Source: Acidobacteriota bacterium (lineage in GTDB: Bacteria; Acidobacteriota; UBA6911). From it: a DNA stretch of 64,000 bases. Position numbers and translations under genes: made by a program. How positions within the stretch are numbered: the stretch's first letter is position 1; the number at the start of each line of letters is the position of its first letter. This document shows, in pieces, positions 19,772 to 29,464 of this stretch. The notes beneath the pieces are model-generated. The model was not told the origin of the DNA. It did not search any database and saw nothing but the letters and a program-made list of their open reading frames with translations. The stretch lies in assembly GCA_963664705.1 (NCBI GenBank), contig OY761556.1, forward strand, positions 160,001 through 224,000, in the 5' to 3' direction.

Positions 19772-21793
19772 TTAGGCGCCGAGGCGATTTTTGCTCGCCA
19801 TGGTATCGGCTACCTTCTTCATCCCAAGACCTTCAAGCGTCTTGCGAGTCGGCCAGCCGGTTTTCTCGTCCCAACCTTCCAGTTTATAGTAGTTGGTCTT
19901 GAAAAATTCTACGCCGTCTCTGTCCAGATAGAGATCGTTCTGATTTTCAAAGCTCCACTTTCCGTCCTGGTATATGGGTTTACCGCCCATGCCCAGATTG
20001 AAGGTAGCGCCCGGCATGAACATGAACGGGGCAAACTTTTCCTTGTCACGGTGTCTTCCCGCCATTACACGGATGGCCCGTTCCATGTTCCAGATCTTTC
20101 TGCCGACCTCGATTGTATCGGCAAAAGATTTCTTGCTGCCGGTGACTGTCTGGAAATAGCGATACTCGATCTCAGGACTGGGGCCGCCAAAGTTGGGCAA
20201 CAACATGTCGCAAATGGACATGGATTCGTTGTAGAACCCGGCGAAGCGCCTTCCCCATGCCAGCATTTTCGCTTTGTGTGCGGAGTAGATGCCGGTCTTC
20301 TTGGCTTCTTCTCCTTTCCAGCAATTGCTGAGCATCAATGGGTCGTCAGAGAACGGAGCCATTTTTGCGGCAATTTTCAGAACCAGTTCTTCGGCCGATG
20401 GCCCGGTTCCTCCTCCGCCAAATCCACCGCCTCCGCCCGAGAGCGCCGTGAAGAAGCCATGCCACATCGGGTCCCCGGACATAAAGATGTAGCTATAAGC
20501 CCAATCCACGCCCGGGAGGGAATGATGCCAGCTTGCTCCGTAAGCGGGGAGTCTCAAGGCGCCGGAGTTCATGTCCTCTTCCAGTCTGCCCCACTTTTTG
20601 GCTGCTTCAAGGATGCCTTCAGCCAGATCGGCGCCAATGCCGATCTTCCTGGCGATGGCATCGCAGAAAGTTTCCCGGAAAGTCAGTTTGTCCCACTGAT
20701 CCATGGGCAGGGGATGAGAGTCAATCTTCTTGCCCGGTCCCAGGACTCCCAGTTCATAGAGGTATTTGATATACCAGCCCATTCCCGGTTCCATGGGAAC
20801 GCTGCCTTTGAACAGCGCCGGCGCGTTGGGCATCTTTGCATTCATCGCGCCGCCGAACTTGGTGCACCAGGTGCAGATTCCCCACTTGATGGCTACGTCG
20901 GCGCCTCCCATTTGGTCACCCATGAACCAATACTGATCGGCGCACATGGATTCGCCGCCATAATAGGAGTTTCTCTTGCGGTCGGGATTGACGCAGGGCA
21001 TACAGCAGGATGCCCCCGCGGTCACCATTCCCCTGCCGTACTTCTGCATATGCTCAATCCGCAGATCCACAATCCCCTTGGGATCCGCGACCTGGACGCT
21101 GCCGGTGCCGATGACGCTGATGGCTTTCAGGTTCTTTGATCCGAAGACTCCCCCAAATCCGCCGGTGCGAGCGCTGACGCCGCTGCCGTGAATCAGGGAT
21201 GCCACTTTCGACATCGATTCGCCTACAGGGCCGATACAGACAATCTGAGGCCTTGCCGTTGTGTAAGAGTCTTCAACTTTGTGCCATTCATCGCCGAATC
21301 GCGTCCTGCCCGCGACTGAGGAGAGAATCTGTCCCTGCGTTTCAAATGTGTTCAGACCCCAAAGCTGCTTGGCATCCTCAAAGGTTACCTTGTCGTTGAT
21401 GATATTGATCCAGACCGGTCTTTCCGCTTTGCCCTGAACCGCGATCCCGTCCCAGCCCGCCTGCTTCAGCGTGGTGCCGAACCGGCCGCCAAGACTGGTT
21501 CGATGAAACAGTGGAGTGGGGAAGGGTTCGGGCGCTATGCCGCTGATGCTGGTTCTTCCGGAACCGGGAGCGCCGGTGGCTCCCAACGGTCCGGTCATCA
21601 GGGAAACAACATTCCTTGGATCAAAGGCGTCCTGCAAATCCCAGTCGCCGGGTACAACCGCCAGATCCCAGAAAATGGCAGCACCCATCCCGACGCCGCC
21701 GGCGTACTCCTCATACTTGGCGGTTTCGATGATGCTGGTGGTTTTGGCTGTCAGATTAACCAGCAATATCTTTCCTGCATATCCGTTTGCCAT
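19772..21793 (-). CDS. Divergent AOR-family (YdhV-like) oxidoreductase catalytic subunit
   Basis: GYAGKILLVNL, LKQAGWDGI, CIGPVGE, FGSKNLKAI, YYKLEGWD..TGWPT. Confidence 0.88.
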   Translation of the reverse strand: MANGYAGKILLVNLTAKTTSIIETAKYEEYAGGVGMGAAIFWDLAVVPGDWDLQDAFDPRNVVSLMTGPLGATGAPGSGRTSISGIAPEPFPTPLFHRTSLGGRFGTTLKQAGWDGIAVQGKAERPVWINIINDKVTFEDAKQLWGLNTFETQGQILSSVAGRTRFGDEWHKVEDSYTTARPQIVCIGPVGESMSKVASLIHGSGVSARTGGFGGVFGSKNLKAISVIGTGSVQVADPKGIVDLRIEHMQKYGRGMVTAGASCCMPCVNPDRKRNSYYGGESMCADQYWFMGDQMGGADVAIKWGICTWCTKFGGAMNAKMPNAPALFKGSVPMEPGMGWYIKYLYELGVLGPGKKIDSHPLPMDQWDKLTFRETFCDAIARKIGIGADLAEGILEAAKKWGRLEEDMNSGALRLPAYGASWHHSLPGVDWAYSYIFMSGDPMWHGFFTALSGGGGGFGGGGTGPSAEELVLKIAAKMAPFSDDPLMLSNCWKGEEAKKTGIYSAHKAKMLAWGRRFAGFYNESMSICDMLLPNFGGPSPEIEYRYFQTVTGSKKSFADTIEVGRKIWNMERAIRVMAGRHRDKEKFAPFMFMPGATFNLGMGGKPIYQDGKWSFENQNDLYLDRDGVEFFKTNYYKLEGWDEKTGWPTRKTLEGLGMKKVADTMASKNRLGA

Positions 21794-21795
21794 TT

Positions 21796-22539
21796 CTATG
21801 CTCCTCCTGTCTTCGCTGCCGGTTTTGGAGCTCCGCCGGGAGGTCCAAACTGCTTCGGGGCGGGAGCAAGATTAATGTCGTAGCCGTTGATATCCTGTTG
21901 CGAGGGAGCTTCAGCAACAAGCTTGAGAGCTTTCGCCACGCATGTCTCCACGCAGGCCTGTTTTCCGCCCGGACCGCCTTTCTGACTCCAGAAGGGCGCA
22001 TCGGTGCATAGATCGCATTTGGTCGATTTTCTCTTTGCGGCGTTCCATACAGTGCGGTGCGGCCTCTGCGGACAAGATTGAATACAGCGCTGGCAGCCGA
22101 CGCATTTCGTCTGGTCGATCCTTCTGACATTGCCGTTGGCTGTGTCCACATGACAGGCTCCGGTGGGGCAGTTCTGGACACACAAGGGAGACACGCACTG
22201 GCGGCAGACAGACAGTACAACGTCATAGGGGTACTTCGTAAAGGATGGCGCGTCGCGAATGATCTGAATGCGCGACAAGGTTGGATTGGCTTCTCCTTCA
22301 TGTGTCATGGAGCAGGCGAACATGCAACTCTGGCAGCCAAGGCACAGCCGGCTGTCGTAAACGATATATCCGGTCGAAGCAGGATAGGAAGCCTTGGCCG
22401 TCGCCTGCGTCAGGGCAGCCGCGGATTCCGGGGCGCACACCGCCAAAGCCCCGGCCGCTATGGCAGCTCCGCCGCCGGCCAGAAAATCACGTCGTAGTAC
22501 TTTTTTTTCTTTGCTTTCGGCTTTTTGGGATTCAGCCAT
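21796..22539 (-). CDS. Tat-signal 4Fe-4S dicluster (DmsB/HybA-like) subunit
   Basis: LRRDFL twin-arginine signal; CLGCQSCMFAC, CRQC..CVQNCP, CVGCQRCIQSCP, KCDLC..CVETC. Confidence 0.92.
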   Translation of the reverse strand: MAESQKAESKEKKVLRRDFLAGGGAAIAAGALAVCAPESAAALTQATAKASYPASTGYIVYDSRLCLGCQSCMFACSMTHEGEANPTLSRIQIIRDAPSFTKYPYDVVLSVCRQCVSPLCVQNCPTGACHVDTANGNVRRIDQTKCVGCQRCIQSCPQRPHRTVWNAAKRKSTKCDLCTDAPFWSQKGGPGGKQACVETCVAKALKLVAEAPSQQDINGYDINLAPAPKQFGPPGGAPKPAAKTGGA

Positions 22540-22840
22540 AGAGCAGTCTCCTAACTAATATATGTTATTCGCGAGTTTGGGTGTTTCAGAACCAGTCGCA
22601 GCCTCAAACAGGGGGCCGGTGTATTCGAATTGCCAGACTCTTCTATCAAACCTCTCAACGGAGTTGGTTTATTGTCCCATATTATTACAAAAAGAAGGAA
22701 AAGCGACTAAATACTGATGCCGATCATGCGATTTGGAGTGCGAATACCGGACCGCAACGAGTGTTTTATTGCGGAGGTTGATATATAATTCCGTGCGTTC
22801 CAGAACGATAGGCGGGCCAATTTGCGGGGAATCTCATTAC

Positions 22841-23755
22841 ATGAATAAGGAGATGCTCACAACGGATGATCTAGCGGAATATCTGAGCATTCACAAAAAC
22901 CAGATATATCGCCTGATCAAGGAAAAGCGACTCCCCGCCACGCGGGTAACGGGTAAGTGGCTCTTTCCGAAACGATTGGTCGATGAGTGGGTTATTGCCA
23001 GTGCCAAAGAGAGCGTCCAGGGAGAGCCAAAGAAAGATCCTCCGGAGAACCGGATTGTCATTGCGGGCAGCAATGATATTGCCCTGGAGATGCTGGCCAA
23101 AAAGGTACACGCGCGGTTTCCCCATTTCAATGTTTCGCTTTCCAATGTGGGAAGCCTTGCCGGATTGAATGCGCTGCGACGAGGGACCTGTCATATCGCG
23201 GCCTCTCACCTGCTGGATACAGAGACCGGGGAGTACAACAATTCCCACGTTCGGAAGTACTTCCCCGACCTCAACGTCAGGATCATCAATCTTGCGCACC
23301 GCGAACAGGGACTGCTCATGAAAAAGGGGAACCCGTTGCGCGTTGCCAAACTGGAAGACCTAGCATCTCGGAAGGGCACGTTCATTAATCGGCAGGACGG
23401 ATCTGGAACCAGGGTGCTGCTGGATTTTCTGCTGAAGGAACATCATGTCGATCCGTCGGAAATTCCCGGCTATGACACCGTGGCCTATACGCATCTGGAG
23501 GTGGGGGTAGCGATTCTCCAGGGATCCGCTCAGATCGGAATGGGAATTCGTGCGGTTGCACAGTTGCTTGGCTTAGATTTCATTCCTCTTGCCAACGAGA
23601 GATTCGATCTGATCGTACCAACCCAATGGCACGATGCCGAACCTGTCCGTGCTTTATGCCGGTCCCTTGCACTCGATGATTTCAAAACAACCGTTTCCTG
23701 CATGGGAGGATACGAAACCTACGATACCGGCAGGGTTATGTACGAGAAGGGATGA
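22841..23755 (+). CDS. taoR: Excisionase-type HTH + periplasmic-binding-protein-like molybdate/tungstate regulator (TaoR family)
   Basis: MLTTDDLAEYL..IYRLIKEKRLPATRVTGKWLF; GSND, GSLAGL, REQGL, FINRQDGSGTR, ERFDL. Lies between the aor and tup genes. Confidence 0.85.
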   Translation: MNKEMLTTDDLAEYLSIHKNQIYRLIKEKRLPATRVTGKWLFPKRLVDEWVIASAKESVQGEPKKDPPENRIVIAGSNDIALEMLAKKVHARFPHFNVSLSNVGSLAGLNALRRGTCHIAASHLLDTETGEYNNSHVRKYFPDLNVRIINLAHREQGLLMKKGNPLRVAKLEDLASRKGTFINRQDGSGTRVLLDFLLKEHHVDPSEIPGYDTVAYTHLEVGVAILQGSAQIGMGIRAVAQLLGLDFIPLANERFDLIVPTQWHDAEPVRALCRSLALDDFKTTVSCMGGYETYDTGRVMYEKG

Positions 23756-23810
23756 GTGCCGGAGCTCAAATTATTCAAATTATCGGATCTCAGTCTGACG
23801 AAAGGATTGT

Positions 23811-24353
23811 ATGCGCCTACTACTGAAGAGTGTTGTTTTCTGCGTTGTTGCCTGCACAATTGCCCGGACCGTTCCTGCCCAGGAGCCTGCCGCCGTTTTA
23901 TCCGTTCGCGGAGATCTTCAAAAGCCCGTCCAATGGTCCGCAGATGAATTGAAGTCAAAATTCGCTGCACAGGTTAAGGAAATCAAGTTCATGGGAGGAA
24001 TGGATAAGTCGACCCATGTGGGAACCGGAGTCCCGCTGCTGGCACTAATCCAGGGCGTTGCGCTTAAGACGGATTCGGCCGTTAAACACCACGACTTGAA
24101 ATTCCTGGTTGTCGTCGAAGCTCACGATGGGTATCGCGTGATGTTTTCCCTGGCTGAACTAATGCCCCAAGGCGGCAATGCCGAAGCCTGGCTGCTTTGG
24201 AATGTGGATGGGAAACCGCTTTCGGGAAAAGAATTGCCATTCCGGCTCGTAGTTCCGACGGACAAGGCCGGAGACCGGGCAATTTTCGGCGTTACCCAGA
24301 TTCTATTGGCCGATGGCGTCAAGGTTGCGAATCAACTGAAGGCCGGTCAGTAA
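23811..24353 (+). CDS. Exported sulfite-oxidase Moco-domain-like protein
   Basis: Signal peptide; LSVRG, TGVPL, AHDGYRVMFSLAEL, DGKPL, PFRLVVP. Confidence 0.78.
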   Translation: MRLLLKSVVFCVVACTIARTVPAQEPAAVLSVRGDLQKPVQWSADELKSKFAAQVKEIKFMGGMDKSTHVGTGVPLLALIQGVALKTDSAVKHHDLKFLVVVEAHDGYRVMFSLAELMPQGGNAEAWLLWNVDGKPLSGKELPFRLVVPTDKAGDRAIFGVTQILLADGVKVANQLKAGQ

Positions 24354-24359
24354 TAACGG

Positions 24360-24395
24360 AGAGCAGGGCGGGAACTACCCGCCCTGCTCTTTCTT
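24360..24395 (+). terminator. Intrinsic terminator
   Basis: AGAGCAGGGCGGG / CCCGCCCTGCTCT followed by TTCTT. Confidence 0.75.
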
Positions 24396-24531
24396 CCGGG
24401 CGTCTGCACCCTGTTCCTCAAGCCTCTTTCCCGTTTATTTTAACAGCCAGGTGATTGCGCCTTTTTTGCTCCGTGGGTGACATGCCGCCCCAAGGATGCT
24501 GCGGCGGCATTCTTGGCGTTAATGCCGTAAT

Positions 24532-24581
24532 AATCCAAAAAATAACAAAATATTACTAGAAAGAACAAATTATGCTATAAT
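24532..24581 (+). promoter_or_regulatory. Phased repeat array plus extended -10 promoter
   Basis: AATCCAA, ATAACAA, ATTACTA, AGAACAA at 24532, 24542, 24552, 24562; TGCTATAAT at 24573-24581. Confidence 0.6.
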
Positions 24582-24587
24582 GCAGCT

Positions 24588-24658
24588 ATTCTCTAAGCCA
24601 TGGAGATGGAGAGGGCCGGGATTAAGCTTAGGCTTTATTTCCCGGCCCTCTATTTTTT
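24588..24658 (+). ncRNA. Candidate small RNA (~70 nt)
   Basis: Starts after an extended -10 and ends in an AGAGGGCCGGGA/TCCCGGCCCTCT hairpin with a T run. No RBS-bearing ORF follows. Confidence 0.4.
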
Positions 24659-24751
24659 GGGCTGGGAATCTCCCGCGAGAGCATCATGAAAACGATGTCT
24701 CCATTACAATAAGAGCTTCTTTTAGGCAGGTCTTGGGATAGAGGTGTTTGC

Positions 24752-25015
24752 TTATCCGATGGGCCAGGTGGAAACGAATTCTCCCCCAAGATCCATTTGA
24801 GAAGGATCTACCGTGATATAAGCCCTTGCGGGATCGGTGGGGTGATCATACATCCTTGATTCCAGGCAGCCGCAATGGTGGCGCGCCTCCCTTGTTTGCG
24901 ATGGAGTCAGGGCTATCTGGACGAGGCCGCACTGGATATAGCAGATGTCGTTTTCCGATACGTTCAGTTGTATTTCCGCGGCGGTATGCTCGCAGTGAAT
25001 CTTTACTTTTGCCAA
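24752..25015 (-). CDS. Small Cys/His-rich hypothetical protein (87 aa)
   Basis: GGGAGA RBS before TTG; TGCTATATT upstream; HCEH, CYIQC, HHCGC. Confidence 0.4.
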   Translation of the reverse strand: MAKVKIHCEHTAAEIQLNVSENDICYIQCGLVQIALTPSQTREARHHCGCLESRMYDHPTDPARAYITVDPSQMDLGGEFVSTWPIG

Positions 25016-25233
25016 GCGAATAGTTCTCCCGTAAATCGAGTGCCTCACCGGCCATTAGGCCAGCCTGGCAAAATATAGCACTCATGTTCAAGGATGGAGG
25101 GATGTTTTAGTGTTGCGCCCGCCTTCCGCACCTGGTGCAGAAAATCCGGTAGTTTTCCAAGATCCCTTATCTGATGGCGGCCTTGATCATCATTGCTGCC
25201 AGGTCTGCCGATACTGGTCAATTCCAACCGCGA

Positions 25234-26109
25234 CTAACGGCTATTCATCAGTTTTCTTCCTTCCGGGGAATTGGGGAAGAATAGAGGTTCTCCATATTTG
25301 TCTTTCCCAAAATCACGAATGATGATTTGGGCCGCTTGAGACTGCAGCCAATGGATAAATTCCATGGCCTCCCGATAATGAACCTGCGGAAATTTCCCGG
25401 GATTTACGGGAATAAGTGTGATGAAGTTCAGTAACGCCTCATCTCTTTCGACCAGGATTTGCAGGGTGGTCTTTGACCTCATCGTAACATACGTAGCCCG
25501 ATCCATAATTGTATAGGCCTGATTTGCCTCTGCGTAGGCAAGTGTTGGTGCATTCCCTTTGGCCCCCTGCTCAAAGACCCGATACCATTCGCCCCGCGCT
25601 TCTAAGCCGGCCCTCTGCCAGATCTCCCGCTCCTTTATATGTGTTCCGGATTTGTCTCCGCGTGATACGAACAGGGATCCGGATTCCGCAATTTTGCGCA
25701 GCGCCTGTGCCGCATCCGTCATGGATCGGATTCCTGCCGGATCCTGCGCCGGTCCCAGGATAACGAAGTCGTTATACATCAGGTCGTATCGCCCGGTGCC
25801 AAATCCCTCTGCTATAAATTTGTCCTCCAAAGCTCGCGCATGGACAAGCACCAGATCGTATCGGCCGGTTTCCGCCAGTTTCAGGGCCTCTCCGGTTCCG
25901 GCGCCCTGGTGCTGAACACGGATACCCGTTTGAGCGGAAAAAGACTCTTCCAGCTTTCCGACAATGCCCGCATCGATGGGCCCGATGGTGCTGGCCAGCA
26001 TAAGGGTTGGTTTATCAGAAGGGCCGCGGCTCGGAGTGTCTCCCGATGGATAAAGGCTATTGGTTGCGGATAGCGCTATCATAAGCAGCAAGAAGCCTGG
26101 TGAGAGCAA
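25234..26109 (-). CDS. Second TupA-like oxyanion-binding protein (STIGP variant)
   Basis: GTGEAL, LVHA, MYNDFVILGP, SRGDKSGTH, DRATY, YGEPLF; ASTIGP where TupA has ATTTS. Confidence 0.88.
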   Translation of the reverse strand: MLSPGFLLLMIALSATNSLYPSGDTPSRGPSDKPTLMLASTIGPIDAGIVGKLEESFSAQTGIRVQHQGAGTGEALKLAETGRYDLVLVHARALEDKFIAEGFGTGRYDLMYNDFVILGPAQDPAGIRSMTDAAQALRKIAESGSLFVSRGDKSGTHIKEREIWQRAGLEARGEWYRVFEQGAKGNAPTLAYAEANQAYTIMDRATYVTMRSKTTLQILVERDEALLNFITLIPVNPGKFPQVHYREAMEFIHWLQSQAAQIIIRDFGKDKYGEPLFFPNSPEGRKLMNSR

Positions 26110-26150
26110 ATCGATCTCCGTTTGCTATTGGCTCGCTCGATTCCCGGCGG

Positions 26151-27257
26151 TCAGTGACTGTCAGAGCCAGCCGGAATCAAGTGAACGGAAGCGGGTGGAA
26201 AGAAGGCGCAAATCTCCTGTCCCTCCTCCAGATTCATCTTTGAAAAACTCTCGCGGGTTACGAGAGATACCAGCGGGATGCCGCAATCCAGGCTCAGCCT
26301 GGCAAACGGTCCCATCGAATAAATATGGGTGATCTTTCCTGCAAGGATATTTTGCGAACCCTCCGGGTCATTCATTTCCTGTGTGCCGACGCGGATATTT
26401 TCCGGACGTATGCAGCATAAAACCGCTTCGCCCGGCTGACCATTGCCGTACGCACGGATTTCCTTTCCGGCAACCGAGATTGCCTGCTGCCCTTCAGCGG
26501 AGCGCAAAACGGTTCCACTCAAGATGACTTCCATGCCAACAAGCTTTGCGACAAATTCGTTGACCGGATTCTGCATGACATCCGAAGGGCTCCCAAGTTG
26601 CGCGATCCGGCCAAGGTTCATGACGGCAATTCGCCTGGACAGAGTCAATGCCTCAAATTCCACATGGGTCACCATGACGGTGGTTGTTCCGGTTGCCTGA
26701 ACGACTTTGTCGAGATCGTGAATTACGCCGTGACGCGTAGGGGGATCCAGCGCGGAGAAGGGTTCGTCCAGCAAAATGATCTCGGGTTCAATCGCAAAGG
26801 CTCGAGCCAGGCTGGCACGCTGGGATTCTCCCCCTGAAAGCTTGCGTGCGGAGCGCTCGGCCAGGTGCCCGATGCTGAACAGATTCAGATATTTTTCAAC
26901 ACGCTCCCGGATACGATTCTTTGAGAGTCCACGGAATTTCAGCCCCGCGGCCACATTATTGTAGACGGAGGTGTCGAACAGCAGCGGTTCCTGGAAGACC
27001 ATGGCTATTTTTCTGCGAAACCGAAATATCGCCTCATGGGAATCCAGAGGTTTGCCTCGATAGGAGATACTGCCGGAAACAGGCTTCAGAAGACAGGCCA
27101 GCGTCAACAGCAGGGTTGACTTGCCGCTCCCGTTTGGGCCCACAACGGTCAGGACTTCCTTGTCATTGAGGCGCAAAGACGGGATGTCGAGGACAAGAAC
27201 ATTGCCAAGCGCAACCCTGAGATCTTCGGCTGACAGGAGGATGTCTGAAGCGCTCAC
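26151..27257 (-). CDS. tupC: Tungstate ABC ATPase with C-terminal TOBE-like region
   Basis: GPNGSGKST, LSGGESQR, LLDEPFSALD; downstream of tupB. Confidence 0.88.
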   Translation of the reverse strand: MSASDILLSAEDLRVALGNVLVLDIPSLRLNDKEVLTVVGPNGSGKSTLLLTLACLLKPVSGSISYRGKPLDSHEAIFRFRRKIAMVFQEPLLFDTSVYNNVAAGLKFRGLSKNRIRERVEKYLNLFSIGHLAERSARKLSGGESQRASLARAFAIEPEIILLDEPFSALDPPTRHGVIHDLDKVVQATGTTTVMVTHVEFEALTLSRRIAVMNLGRIAQLGSPSDVMQNPVNEFVAKLVGMEVILSGTVLRSAEGQQAISVAGKEIRAYGNGQPGEAVLCCIRPENIRVGTQEMNDPEGSQNILAGKITHIYSMGPFARLSLDCGIPLVSLVTRESFSKMNLEEGQEICAFFPPASVHLIPAGSDSH

Positions 27258-27952
27258 CGGGGCCTCTCGCGCTGCTGTATCAAGGTAAAGAGATAGTTTA
27301 CAAGGAATACCAGGGCCAGCAGGATGATCGAAAGTGCAAAAGCAATATCGAAATTTCCCCTTCCTGTTTCCATCACCGTTGCCGTGGTCAAAACTCTCGA
27401 GTATCCTTTGACGTTCCCACCCACCATGATGGAGGCGCCAATTTCCGAGATCACTCCGCCGAATCCTGCCATGACGGCGGCCATGAATGGTAAACGGGCT
27501 TCTCGGGCAAGCAGCCAGACCATCTGCAGACGCGTTGCCCCCAGAGATAGAATCTGCATTCGAAGCATTGGGGGAAGACTCTGGAGTGCTGCGACGGACA
27601 GGCCCATGACAATAGGCGTGGCAATCACAACCTGAGCCAGAATCATTGCACCTGGTGTGAACAGTAGATTTAGAAAACCGAGCGGGCCATTACGCCACAG
27701 GATTACCGTAACAAAAAGCCCGACCACAACCGGGGGCAGTCCCATTCCCGTATTAATGGCACTGATTACGAGTTTCTTGCCGGGAAACTGTGTCAGTGCA
27801 ATTACCATTCCCAGCGAAATCCCGATGACGACACTGATGAGCGTGGCGGTTCCGGAAACCTTGAGTGACAGCCATGTAATGGCCAGCACCTCGCGATCGA
27901 GCGATGCGATGAGGCGAAAGGCTTTCAAAAGGCCTTCAAGAATCAGATCCAC
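27254..27952 (-). CDS. tupB: Tungstate ABC permease
   Basis: GLPPVVVGL, GPLG, LLFTP, ISEIGASIMVGGNVKG, LTTA. Confidence 0.93.
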   Translation of the reverse strand: MDLILEGLLKAFRLIASLDREVLAITWLSLKVSGTATLISVVIGISLGMVIALTQFPGKKLVISAINTGMGLPPVVVGLFVTVILWRNGPLGFLNLLFTPGAMILAQVVIATPIVMGLSVAALQSLPPMLRMQILSLGATRLQMVWLLAREARLPFMAAVMAGFGGVISEIGASIMVGGNVKGYSRVLTTATVMETGRGNFDIAFALSIILLALVFLVNYLFTLIQQRERPR

Positions 27953-28807
27953 CTAGTAGGTCTCCATGTCTTTTCTTCCGGCATCCGGGAAGAAAAGCGG
28001 CGTGCCATATTTTTCAATGCCAAATGTCCGGATAATCTGCTGCCCCTTGGGCGAAACCAGAAAATCCGAGAATGCCTTGGCTCCACTGGAGTTCACCTTG
28101 GGCCATTTTGCCGCACTCACTTCCATGACGTGATAAACATTTAGCAGTAATGGATCTCCCTCAACCAGGATATTGAGTCCGAGAGTTTTCTTTAGCGATA
28201 GATAGGTTCCTCTGTCGGCGAGGGTATAGCCCCTTTTTTCGGCTGTAACATTCAGTGTCTGCCCCATGCCAAGGCCCGTTTGTTGATACCATGCCTGGCC
28301 GTCCACGGTCAGATCTGCTGCTTTCCAGAGTTTCTTTTCAAGAGCGTGTGTCCCGGAATTGTCGCTGCGCGAGAAGAACTGGGCTTTGCGTTGAGCAACT
28401 TTCAGCAACGCATCCTTTGCCGATTTCATCCCTTTGATTTTTGCGGGATCCGCCGGCGGTCCGACAATAACGAAGTCATTGTGCATGACCAGCCTTCGGT
28501 TGATGCCAAAACCCTGTCCAACCACCTGTTTTTCGGCATCCGGTGAGTGGGCCAGAAGAACATCCGCTTCTCCCTTTTCTCCCATTTTCAGCGCCTGGCC
28601 GGAACCAACGGCAATCGTTTTTACAATGTAGCCGCTTTCCTTCTCGAAAACCGGGATCAGCACGTCGAGCAATCCGGAATCCTGCGTGCTGGTTGTGGTT
28701 GCCAAGATTATGCTTTTGTTCTCCTGGGCGATGCCTGATGGCAAAATGCAAGCAGCAAGCAAGAAGAGCAGCAGAGTTGCTGATGACAGGCGTTTTCCGC
28801 AGGGCAT
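27953..28807 (-). CDS. tupA: Tungstate-binding protein
   Basis: ATTTSTQDSGLL signature, MHNDFVIVGP, SRSDNSGTH, DRGTY. Confidence 0.95.
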   Translation of the reverse strand: MPCGKRLSSATLLLFLLAACILPSGIAQENKSIILATTTSTQDSGLLDVLIPVFEKESGYIVKTIAVGSGQALKMGEKGEADVLLAHSPDAEKQVVGQGFGINRRLVMHNDFVIVGPPADPAKIKGMKSAKDALLKVAQRKAQFFSRSDNSGTHALEKKLWKAADLTVDGQAWYQQTGLGMGQTLNVTAEKRGYTLADRGTYLSLKKTLGLNILVEGDPLLLNVYHVMEVSAAKWPKVNSSGAKAFSDFLVSPKGQQIIRTFGIEKYGTPLFFPDAGRKDMETY

Positions 28808-28962
28808 AGACCCACCTCCCGTTTAAACCAAGATCTTATACGAAATCGGCCGATGCGCAAACCTCGAAGACTCCTGTTTCAGGCGCCAGGAGCATTCGAG
28901 ACGTCTGGGGACTTTGAGATCGAAGTTTGATCAGGATTTTAAATGTCGGAGAATGGTTTGCG

Positions 28963-29208
28963 TCAATGCTTCTGTTGTTGCTCGATGGAATAGAGCGCAA
29001 GCAGGAGATCGATAATATCCTTTACTCGGGAAAGAAGTTCCTCCGATCCGCCGCTTTTTTGTCCCTCTATGTGTGTGCGAACCCAGTATTCGATAATCGG
29101 AACCTCGGTCAGCGCTTTTTCCAGCGTTTTCCTCATGAGGTTGCTGTCTTTTTCGAGTCGCTCGATCCAGCCTAATACTTCACCCGGATCAAAATCAGCC
29201 AGTTCCAT
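28963..29208 (-). CDS. Small helical hypothetical protein (81 aa)
   Basis: ATG preceded by AGGGAT; amphipathic composition; fills the gap between ALDH and tupA. Confidence 0.4.
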   Translation of the reverse strand: MELADFDPGEVLGWIERLEKDSNLMRKTLEKALTEVPIIEYWVRTHIEGQKSGGSEELLSRVKDIIDLLLALYSIEQQQKH

Positions 29209-29464
29209 AGATATCCCTATCCGCGTTCTCGCTACGCCAGTAAATACGCGGGCCGGCAACGCATGTTTCTGGAGAAAGGCTCTAGGGGTTTCCCGATCGT
29301 CTTCCTTCTGGGCTTATCGCAGCAATGGGCAAAATTCTCTGTTGTCTGAAGGAGGAATATAATGGATACCGGTGAGCAATACATCAGGACCAAGGCAAAC
29401 TCATTTCCTTTATGCTCCCGCGAAAACCCAAGCGAGGCGGTTGGATGATGCGGGATGGGAGTTT

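Noticed and set aside
22674-22710. Phased repeat array between the Tat operon and the regulator
   Set aside because: Only one good heptamer (ATTACAA, 22684); its neighbours are too degenerate to count.
24600-24689. 29-codon peptide MEMERAGIK...
   Set aside because: No RBS, and it runs through the terminator hairpin.
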